NCBI RefSeq assembly: GCF_032444005.1
Contig: NC_091282.1
Coordinates: forward strand, 474,672,001 to 474,736,000
DNA: 64,000 bases
Source: Ranitomeya imitator
Lineage: Eukaryota
Direction: 5' to 3'
The notes under the pieces are model-generated. The model made no database searches and was not told where the DNA came from. It saw only the letters and a program-made list of their open reading frames with translations. This document shows, in pieces, positions 1-11,808 of this stretch; the first letter of the stretch is position 1; every line of letters starts with the position of its first letter. The position numbers were made by a program, and so were the translations under genes.

Positions 1-177
1 CCCTATTAATGCCTCTGATACCCCAATACTGAGCCGCTGCTGCTGTGTGTCCCTATTACTACACCTGATACCCCAATACTGAGCCGCTGCTGCCTCATGT
101 GTCCCTATTACTGCTCCTGATATCCCAATACTGAGCCGCTGCTGCCATATGTGTCCCTATTACTGCCCCTGCTGTGT
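1..177. repeat. Minisatellite, about 3.5 copies of a 50-52 bp unit
   Basis: Unit ccctattac..tgataccccaatactgagccgctgctgc..tgtgt starts at 1, 51, 103 and 155 (last copy partial). Confidence 0.9.
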
Positions 178-479
178 GGTTCTCTGTGCCCTCTAAATTC
201 TAAAGCACCCCTCTATAATATAGTAATGCCGGGTGCAAGTGCCGTAGAAAACAGAGCCCACATTTTGCCCCCTAGAAAGTAATATTGCCCTGTGTGCCCC
301 TTTGATAGTCACAGTAACCTGAGTTCCCCTATAAGAATAAGTGCCCACTTTACATTTAATAAAGTCCCGAGTCTCCCCCTGTACAGCTCCTCTATACACA
401 GTATGATACCCCCTCACTATATATACTGACCCCTTAATATCCCCCAAACTGGCTCCAACACTATATGATGGTCCCATCA

Positions 480-718
480 CTGTAATCTCCACATTGAATG
501 ATGGCCCCTTAGATAGCCTCGATATAGCATAATACACCAGATAGTCCTCAATATGGTATAATACATTCCCCATAGGCCTCCATATAGTATCATGCACTCC
601 CCATAGGCAGACTCTATAGTATAATGCACTTCACATAGGTAGACTATAGTATAATGCACTTCCCATTGGAAGACTATATAGTATAATGCAGCTCCCCATA
701 GGCAGCCTCTATATGGAA
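480..718. repeat. Degenerate ~28-31 bp minisatellite, probably the interior of a non-autonomous DNA element
   Basis: Recurring cccataggcagactctatagtataatgca-like units. Confidence 0.6.
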
Positions 719-1826
719 AGACAATGAAAAAAATCCGGCACTCCAAATGAATTATTAAATTAAAAAATAACAACAAAAAGAAAATATCGGTACATAATGC
801 TGCACACAATTTGTCAGATATCATCAATCTTGTAACTGCAAAGACCACCATAAGTATAGTAAACGTGACTCCGTCAGGAGTGCTATAAGAAAAAAGGAAG
901 GCAATCCAATCAGTGATAGTGAAAGGGGGCTTACCGCAAATGTGTCCGGTGATCAGGAAATTTCCGGCAGCGACGTCCCCGTCCATGCGTTCCACCTAGC
1001 GGTTCAGCCGCTTTTCTCTGACGTCACTTCCGGTTTGTGGGTTACTTAATGCGGGGACGCACAGGGAAGGTTATGCAGATATTCCTTTCACCGCAGGTTG
1101 TGGTTCAAAATTTCCTGATCACCGGACACATTTGCGGTAAGCCCCCCTTCGCGATCTGATAGAGCGGTGTAGTTCTTTGATACTAGTCGGCACCTGGTTT
1201 ACTTTTTCTTTTTTTACTTTCGCTTTCACTATCACTGATTGGATTGCCTTCCTTTTTTCTTATAGCACTCCTGACGGAGTCACGTTTACTATACTTATGG
1301 TGGTCTTTGCAGTTACTGCATACAGCGGTAAGCGTATATATGTTTTTTCTAAAGGGGGTGGATTGATGCCCATGTAAAGAGTGTATTTAGTAGGATTCTG
1401 ATTAGGAGCGCATTATGTATTACAACATTTGGTTTCACGCATCATCGTTGTTTTTTATTTTTTATTTTTATTTTTTCCTTTTGTGAGGCATTTCATTATG
1501 CTCTTTCTATATCATGGAGTACAGGTCATTAAAATGGAAGGTGTCTCGGCCACATCGAATATGTTTATGTTTATTATTCCGTTAACTGTATTTGGATTAA
1601 ATTAATGTTAATTAATGATATTATCATCACCTAGATGATACAAGATCGATGATATCTGACAAATTGTGTGCAGCATTATGTACCGATATTTTCTTTTTGC
1701 TGTTATATTTTAATTTAATAATTCATTTGGAGTGCCGGATTTTTTTCATTGTCTGGATATAGGGGTGGCATCCCTTCTCTGAGCACCCTACCACTAATAG
1801 GAGTGACGTGATAGACTTTTCAAATT
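719..1826 (+). mobile_element. Non-coding PLE-type (pseudo-LTR-like) insertion with an inverted left arm and 15-bp TSD
   Basis: AGCCTCTATATGGAA at 704-718 and 1827-1841. 720-963 is the reverse complement of pieces of 1108-1753. PLE assignment is inferred from TSD length and the inversion. Confidence 0.7.
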
Positions 1827-1860
1827 AGCCTCTATATGGAAGGCTGTAAATCTGTCCACA

Positions 1861-2435
1861 ATCCCCTCTGCAAGGCATAAAAATTACCTCTAATTATACT
1901 CACAAATGGCGCTCACCAAGGCATAGCTGGTATTGACTTAAGATTGCCATCCTCCATTACTGCTTCATCTGGATGACACATCCTACGTCATCCACACAGT
2001 GTGACCCATCGCGCTCCTGTACAGGCGCACTTCTCTCTGGGCTGCTGAAAGGAGAGCCAAGTTCTGTTAAGCGTATGCGCTGGGAAAGGCCAAAGGGCGC
2101 TGATGAGCTAGAAGTAAAGCTGGCGCATGCGCACTACAATACTGTGCTCTGAATTCAGCAGGGCAAAGAGAAGTGCACCTGCACAGGAGTACGATAGAGG
2201 AAACTGACTGCATGATGTAGGACGCATCTTCCACACAAAGCGGGACAGCGATCACAAGAAGAGGGTAGGCGTCTGATCAAGACTAGAGACGCCCAGACCG
2301 CGCCATTCGTGAGTATAATAAAAGCTATTTTTTGTGCCTTGCAGAGAGGATTGGGGACATATAGAGCATTCTAGAACACTATGTGAGGGCGTACAGATGC
2401 TGGCCAGACCTTATACGGTGACAGGCTCACTTTAA
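1861..2435. mobile_element. Palindromic MITE (T2/Kolobok-like right end)
   Basis: Nested inverted repeats: atcccctctgcaaggcataaaaa vs tttttgtgccttgcagagaggat, and attatactcacaaatggcgc vs gcgccattcgtgagtataat. Right end is gacaggctcactttaa. Confidence 0.55.
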
Positions 2436-3002
2436 TCTGTAAGCCACATGTAAAAGCCATCCTGCACGATTCCAGCCGCTCGCAAACTTAAGAAAATAAT
2501 CATTCTCCTTCTCGTAAGCTAATCAGCAGCGTCCAATTGGATGAGTGTCTATGGTCCCTGCTTAGTGCCTCCTCTGACCCCACAAGTGCCATCCTCCTAC
2601 GTTTACCGACGTCTCCTTTGTCATCCAGTCTGTTGCGCTGTGCAGCTCCAGTTCCCTCCTGTGCAGGTGTGAGAGACGGACAGACAGTGGATGAAATAGG
2701 AGACGTCAGCCATGTCAATCAAGGCTGGAGAGACGGTGAATCAGATATATCTTTTTATGCTTTGGTCTGCCTACATATAATAAATGGCATTTGCCAAGAT
2801 ACCTGTCAATCCATATATCAGTCTTTCAGTGTTATCATGTCAGGCAAGAAACGTTCCAAAAACTAGTCTGTGTATAGTCCCACCTACAGATCTGATATAT
2901 CTTTGTGCTATAGTAAACACATGAAATAAATTATGTGCCAAGACACTTATCGATCACTGTCAGTTTTCAGTGTCTGTCCAGCTTGGTTAAACAAGACATA
3001 TA

Positions 3003-3414
3003 AGGCTACTTTCACACTAGTGTCGGAATCTTCCCGTCGCAATGCGTCGGGCCGAGATTCCGACGCTAGCGTTTGATGCGCCACACAACGGGTGCAGCGG
3101 ATGCATTTCTCTGGCGCATCCGCTGCCCCATTGTGAGGTGCGGGGAGGTGGGGGCGGAGTTCCGGCTGCGCATGCGCGGTCGGAAAAAGCGGTCCGTCGG
3201 CAGCAAAAAACGTTACATTTAACATTTTTTGCTCCCGGCGGTCCGCCAGAACACGGCGCAACTGTCGCACGACGGTTGCGACGTGTGGCAATGCGTCGCT
3301 AATGTTAATCTATGGGGCAAAAACGCAACCTGCAAACAACTTTGCAGGATGCGTTTTTTGCCATAAACGACGCATTGCGACGTATTGCAAAAAACGCCAG
3401 TGTGAAAGTAGCCT
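3003..3414. mobile_element. MITE with AGGCTACTTTCACAC TIRs (T2/Kolobok-like)
   Basis: TIR at 3003 and its reverse complement ending at 3414; internally palindromic; TAA-type flanks. Confidence 0.8.
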
Positions 3415-3928
3415 AAGTTTAAGCCCCTTCATTGCTTTATATACTGTGCCTGTATGTATTCAAGGCAACAGATCAGACATAGCACATAGTAAATGACATG
3501 TGCCAGAATACTCATCAGTCCACTTGCTGTGTGCAGTGTGTCCTCTGGTCCTGGGCGCTGCTCCTGGCTCTCAGGCTCCTCCTAGTCAGATGCAGAAAGG
3601 TGTAGATAGTGAGTCCCCTGTGTCCTGGCTGCTGCTGGAGCTGATGATCACTTCTCTGCACTGCAGCAGGGAGCTTTGAAGGAGAGTGCGCTCAGCCAGG
3701 ATTGGGTGAGTGACTTCCCCTTCTCCCTCTCCTCCACAGACAGTGCAGAAGAACGGTCACATGACTTACTCCCTCCACTCTGATTGGAGGCCTTCTCTTC
3801 CTTCTCTCTGACTCCCTGTGATCGTGTTTGTACCGTGCATGTTACTTTAGATACATGCGCAGTACAAATGCAAGGGAAATAAAAGATAATCATTGACCGG
3901 AGGCAGGGACCCCTAACACCGGCCCTGA

Positions 3929-4013
3929 CAGTAGCGTAGCTCCGGGTGGGCCCACTCAGAGCACAGGGCCTGGGGCGACCGCCCCCTCTGCCCCCCTGGT
4001 AGCTACGCTGCTG
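3929..4013. mobile_element. 85-bp hAT-like mini element
   Basis: CAGTAGCGTAGCT ... AGCTACGCTGCTG terminal inverted repeat; no 8-bp TSD found. Confidence 0.4.
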
Positions 4014-4207
4014 CTGTGTATAGAGAAGAGTGAGGCGCTGCAGGTGGAGGCTGTGTATAAGGCCACTTTCACACGTTCAGTATTAGGTCAGTATTTTACG
4101 TCATAGTAACATAGTAACATAGTAAGGCCGAAAAAAGACATTTGTCCATCCAGTTCAGCCTATATTCCATCATAATAAATCCCCAGATCTACGTCCTTCT
4201 ACAGAAC

Positions 4208-7123
4208 CTAATAATTGTATGATACAATATTGTTCTGCTCCAGGAAGACATCCAGGCCTCTCTTGAACCCCTTGACTGAGTTCGCCATCACCACCTCCTC
4301 AGGCAAGCAATTCCAGATTCTCACTGCCCTAACAGTAAAGAATCCTCTTCTATGTTGGTGGAAAAACCTTCTCTCCTCCAGACGCAAAGAATGCCCCCTT
4401 GTGCCCGTCACCTTCCTTGGTATAAACAGATCCTCAGCGAGATATTTGTATTGTCCCCTTATATACTTATTCATGGTTATTAGATTGCCCCTCAGTCGTC
4501 TTTTTTCTAGACTAAATAATCCTAATTTCGCTAATCTATCTGGGTATTGTAGTTCTCCCATCCCCTTTATTAATTTTGTTGCCCTCCTTTGTACTCTCTC
4601 TAGTTAAATTATATCCTTCCTGAGCACCGGTGCCAAAAACTGGACACAGTACTCCATGTGCGGTCTAACTAGGGATTTGTACAGAGGCAGTATAATGCTC
4701 TCATCATGTGTATCCAGACCTCTTTTAATGCACCCCATGATCATGTTTGCCTTGGCAGCTGCTGCCTGGCACTGGCTGCTCCAGGTAAGTTTATCATTAA
4801 CTAGGATCCCCAAGTCATTCTCCCTGTCAGATTTACCCAGTGGTTTCCCGTTCAGTGTGTAATGGTGATATTGATTCCTTCTTCCCATGTGTATAACCTT
4901 ACATTTATCATTGTCAAACCTCATCTGCCACCTTTCAGCCCAAGTTTCCAACTTATCCAGATCCATCTGTAGCAGAATACTATCTTCTCTTGTATTAATT
5001 GCTTTACATAGTTTTGTATCATCTGCAAATATCGATATTTTACTGTGTAAACCTTCTACCAGATCATTAATGAATATGTTGAAGAGAACAGGTCCCAATA
5101 CCGACCCCTGCGGTACCCCACTGGTGACAGCGACTCAGTTAGAGACTATACCATTTATAACCACCCTCTGCTTTCTATCACTAAGCCAGTTACTAACCCA
5201 TTTACACACATTTTCCCCCAGACCAAGCATTCTCATTTTGTGTACCAACCTCTTGTGCGGCACAGTATCAAACGCTTTGGAAAAATCGAGATATACCACG
5301 TCCAACGACTCACCGTTGTCCAGCCTATAGCTTACCTCTTCATAAAAACTGATTAGATTGGTTTGACAGGAGCGATTTCTCATAAACCCATGCTGATATG
5401 GAGTTAAACAGTTATTCTCATTGAGATAATCCAGAATAACATCCCTCAGAAACCCTTCAAATATTTTACCAACAATAGAGGTTAGACTTACTGGCCTATA
5501 ATTTCCAGGTTCACTTTTAGAGCCTTTTTGAATATTGGCACCACATTTGCTATGCGCCAGTCCTGCGGAACAGACCCCGTCGCTATAGAGTCCCTAAAAA
5601 TAAGAAATAATGGTTTATCTATTACATAACTTAGTTCTCTTAGTACTCGTGGGTGTATGCCATCCGGACCCGGAGATTTATCTATTTTAATCTTATTTAG
5701 CCGGTTTCGCACCTCTTCTTGGGTTAGATTGGTGACCCTTAATATAGGGTTTTCATTGTTTCTTGGGATTTCACCTAGCATTTCATATTCCACCGTGAAT
5801 ACCGTGGAGAAGAACGTGTTTAATATGTTAGCTTTTTCCTCGTCATCTACAACCATTCTTTCCTCACTATTTTTTAAGGGGCCTACATTTTCAGTTTTTA
5901 TTCTTTTACTATTGATATAGTTGAAGAACAGTTTGGGATTAGTTTTACTCTCCTTAGCAATGTGCTTCTCTGTTTCCTTTTTGGCAGCTTTAATTAGTTT
6001 TTTAGATAAAGTATTTTTCTCCCTATAGTTTTTTAGAGCTTCAATGGTGCCATCCTGCTTTAGTAGTGCAAATGCTTTCTTTTTACTGTTAATTGCCTGT
6101 CTTACTTCTTTGTTTAGCCACATTGGGTTTTTCCTATTTCTAGTCCTTTTTTCCCCACAAGGTATAAACCACTTACAGTGCCTATTTAGGATGTTCTTAA
6201 ACATTTTCATTTATTATCTGTATTCTTAATTCTGAGGATATTGTCCCAGTCTACCAGATTAAGGGCATCTCTAAGCTGGTCAAACTTTGCCTTCCTAAAG
6301 TTCAGTGTTTTTGTGACTCCCTGACAAGTTCCCCTAGTGAAAGACAAGTGAAACTCTACAATATTGTGGTCGCTATTTCCTAGCTGCCCGACCACCTGCA
6401 GATTTGTTATTCTGTCAGGTCTATTAGATAGTATTAGGTCTAAAAGTGCTGCTCCTCTGGTTGGATTCTGCACCAATTGTGAAAGATAATTTTTCTTGGT
6501 TATTAGCAGAAACCTGTTGCCTTTATGGGTTTCACAGGTTTCTGTTTCCCAGTTAATATCCGGGTAGTTAAAGTCCCCCATAATCAGGACCTCATTATGG
6601 GTTGCAGCTTCATCTATCTGCTTTAGAAGTAGACTTTCCATGGTTTTCGTTATATTTGGGGGTTTGTAACAGACCCCAATGAGAATTTTGTTACCATTTT
6701 TCCCTCCATGAATTTCGACCCATATGGACTCGACATCCTCATTCCCTTCGCTAATATCCTCCCTTAAAGTGGACTTTAGACAAGACTTTACATAGAGACA
6801 AACCCCTCCTCCTCTCCGATTTTTACGATCCTTTCTAAACAGACTGTAACCCTGTAAGTTAACTGCCCAGTCATAGCTTTCATCTAACCGTGTCTCGGTT
6901 ATTCCCACTTGGTCAAAGTTGCCTGTAGATATTTCTGCTTCTATTTCTTCCATCTTGTTTGTCAGGCTTCTGGCGTTTGCGAGCATGCAGTTTAGAGAAT
7001 TTTGTTTTGTTCCAATCTCCTCACTGTGGATTGTTTTAGAAATGTTCTTACCTCCCTTCTGAGTATGTTTTCCTGGGTCTTCTTTGTTCAAGTCTAATGT
7101 TTTTCTTCCCGTCCCCTCTTCTT
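4208..7123 (-). pseudogene. CR1 ORF2 (APE endonuclease + reverse transcriptase), broken by stops and frameshifts
   Basis: Motifs NARSL, GITET, GDFNYP, LDLILSN, SDHN, LDFSKAFDTV, GPVLFNIFINDL, FADD across ORFs 6207-7280, 5488-6210, 5135-5383, 4604-5098 and 4208-4561. Confidence 0.93.
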
Positions 7124-8097
7124 CTAGTTTAACGCCCTCCTGATGAGTGTAGCGAGTCTTCTGGCGAATGTGTGTTTCCCAGGTTTGTTGAGGTGTAGTC
7201 CGTCTCTGGCAAGGAGTCCATCGTACAAGTAATTCACACCGTGGTCCAGGAATCCGAATCCTTGTTGTCTGCACCATCATCTTAGCCAGTTGTTCGCATC
7301 AAGGATCCTGTTCCATCTCCTGGTGCCATGCCCGTCTACTGGAAGGATAGAAGAAAAAACTACCTGTGCATCCAGTTCCTTTACTTTCTTCCCCAACTCT
7401 TCAAAGTCCTTGCAGATTGTCGGTAGGTCCTTCCTTGCCGTGTCATTGGTGCCAACATGTATCAGAAGAAATGGGTGGACGTCCTTGGAGCTGAAGAGCT
7501 TTGGTATCCTATCGGTCACATCCTTGATCATCGCACCTGGAAGGCAGCATACTTCTCTTGCGGTTATGTCCAGTCTGCAGATGGCTGCTTCTGTGCCTCT
7601 CAGTAGTGAGTCTCCCACCACCACCACTCTTCGTTGCTTCTTGGCTGTACTTTTTGCTGTCTTGGCTGTACTTTTTGCTGTCACTTGTTGCTGTGTGCCC
7701 TTTTCTTTTTTGCTTGCTGGTATTGCTTCATCCTCAGGTGTGCATCTTCATCCTCTACAAAGATTTGATATTGGTTCTTCAGTTGTGTGGTTGGTGATTT
7801 CTCCATGGTCTTCTTGCTTCTTTTGGTCACATGCTTCCACTCATCTGCTTTTGGAGGTTCTCTGACACTTTTTTCACCTTCTGTGACCAGTAGAGATGCT
7901 TCTGTTCTGTCTAGGAAGTCTTCATTCTCTTTGATGAGTTTCAAAGTTGCTATTCTTTCTTCCAGACCCCGCACCTTTTCTTCTAAAAGGGCCACTAGTC
8001 TACACTTCTGACAGGTGAAATTCGATTCTTCTTCTGGTCGATCTGTGAACATGTAGCACATGCTGCAGCTCACCATGTAGGTTGTCACATCTGCCAT
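7124..8097 (-). pseudogene. CR1 ORF1: N-terminal CxxC-CxxC zinc finger, coiled coil and SGNH/GDSL esterase
   Basis: CSMC..CQKC; VVVVGDSLLRG; LIHVGTND; stop at 7124-7126; disrupted near 7277 and 7681; 21-bp duplication at 7640-7681. Confidence 0.85.
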
Positions 8098-8190
8098 GTT
8101 GCTCCTAGATCCTGCTGACTTGCTGTGTGTTTTCCTTCTTGTGTAATCTACTCATCCAAGCTTTCTTGCAATAATGTCCTACAGGCGCGC

Positions 8191-8834
8191 GGTTTGGTGA
8201 TGCTTTCCAAGCAGCTGGTCCCGGCTGTACCCAACGATCCTCTAGCTGAGGGAGACTCTTCGCTTTTCCCAGAAGGCACCTGGAATATGCAAATTATCCT
8301 CCTCAAGCTTGAATCCCTGGTTTGGTGATGCTTTCCAAGCAGCTGGTCCCGGCTGTACCCAACGATCTTCTAGCTGAGGGAGACTCTTCGCTTTTCCCAG
8401 AAGGCACCTGGAATATGCAAATTATCCTCCTCAAGCTTGAATCCCTGGTTTGGTGATGCTTTCCAAGCAGCTGGTCCCGGCTGTACCCAACAATCTTCTA
8501 GCTGAGGGAGACTCTTCGCTTTCCCAGAAGGCACCTGGAATATGCAAATTATCCTCCTCAAGCTTGAATCCCTGGTTTGGTGATGCTTTCCAAGCAGCTG
8601 GTCCCGGCTGTAACCAACGATCTTCTAGCTGAGGGCGACTCTTCGCTTTTCCCAGAAGGCACCTGGAATATGCAAATTATCCTCCTCAAGCTTGAATCCC
8701 TGGTTTGGTGATGCTTTCCAAGCAGCTGGTCCCGGCTGTACCCAACGATCTTCTAGCTGAGGGAGACTCTTCGCTTTTCCCAGAAGGCACCTGGAATATG
8801 CAAATTATCCTCCTCAAGCTTGAATCCCTGGTTT
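8191..8834 (-). repeat. Five tandem 127-128 bp monomers forming the CR1 5' end, each with an ATGCAAAT octamer
   Basis: Units start at 8191, 8319, 8447, 8574 and 8702; octamers at 8287, 8415, 8542, 8670 and 8798. Confidence 0.92.
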
Positions 8835-9770
8835 CATGACTATGAAAATTGTAAATTCACACTAAAGGCATCAAAACTATGCATTAACACATGTGGAATT
8901 ATATACTTAACAAAAAAGCGTGAAACAACTGAAAATATGCATTATATTCTAGGTTCTTCAAAGTAGCCACCTTTTGCTTTGATGACTGCTTTGCACACAC
9001 TTGGCATTCTCTTGATGAGCTTCAAGAGGAAGTCACCAGAAATGGTTTTCACTTCACAGGTGTACCCTGTCAGGCTTAATAAGTATGATTTATTGCCTTA
9101 TAAATGGGGTTGGGACCATCAGTTGTGCTGATCAGAAGTCTGGAGGATACACAGCTGAGAGTCCTATTGAATAGACTGGTAGAATTTGTATTATGGCAAG
9201 AAAAAAGCAGCTAAGTAAAGAAAAACGAGTGGCCATCATTACTTTAAGAAATGAAGGTCAGTCAGTCAGAAAAATTGAGAAAACTTTGAAAGTGTCCCCA
9301 AGTGCAGTTGCAAAAACCATCAAGCGCTACAAAGAATTGGCTCACATGAGGACCGCCCCAGGAAAGGAAGACCAAGAGTCACCTCTGCTTCTGAGGATAA
9401 GTTTATCCGAGTCACCAGCCTCAGAAATTGCAGGTTAACAGCAGCTCAGATTAGAGACCAGGTCAATGCCACACAGAGTTCTAGCAGCAGACACATCTCT
9501 ATAACAACTGTTAAGAGGAGACTTTGTGCAGCAGGCCTTCATGGTAAAATAGCTGCTAGAAAACCACGTCTAAGGACAGGCAACAAGCAGATGAGACTTG
9601 TTTGGGCTAAAAAACACAAGGAATGGACATTAGACCAGTGGAAATTTGTGCTTTGGTCTGATGAGTCCAAATTTGAGATGTTTGGTTCCATCCACCGTGT
9701 CTTTGTGCGACACAGAAAAGGTGAACGGATGGACTCTACATGCCTGGCTCCCACCATGAAGCATAGAGGA
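8835..9770 (+). mobile_element. Tc1-like transposon fragment truncated at both ends
   Basis: Frameshifted transposase from 9193 (MARKKQLSKEKRVAII HTH; WSDESKFE); partial left TIR region. Confidence 0.88.
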
Positions 9771-10168
9771 GTGTGTACTTATATGTGTGTATGTATGATT
9801 GCGTGTGTGTATCAGTGAATAAGTTCGATTGTATGCATGTGTATAGTGTGTGTGTTTGTGTGTATAAATGTGTCTATAATTGAAAAGAGTGGGAGAATTG
9901 CCTTGTACTAAAACTCAGCCAGAAACGTCAAAACATTACAGATATTACTGACCCTGTGTTTTTATCGTCATGGTCGATGGGTGCATGAGCTGCCCTTTAT
10001 TGATATGCACTACTCCTGTCCTAGTGCATGCTGCGATCCCTGAGAAAATTTGTGGTAATTATTGAATGCTTGTGCTGAGCACACCAACATTACACGAATC
10101 AAAAAAACATTAATTTGAATGAGCCCTGAGGCTCACTGGCCTCTGTTTAGTGCATACACCAGGATATA

Positions 10169-11790
<1,622 letters not shown>

Positions 11791-11808
11791 TACATGTATA
11801 GATATATA

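Larger units (their letters stand above)
4103..8834 (-). mobile_element. CR1 LINE, near full length, decayed
   Basis: 3' (TAGTAACA)n tail at 4103-4123; APE and RT ORF2 fragments; esterase-type ORF1; tandem 5' monomers. Confidence 0.95.

Noticed and set aside
2090-2130. CTGATGA hammerhead core
   Set aside because: No stem II or GAAA follows; it lies in the centre of a MITE palindrome.
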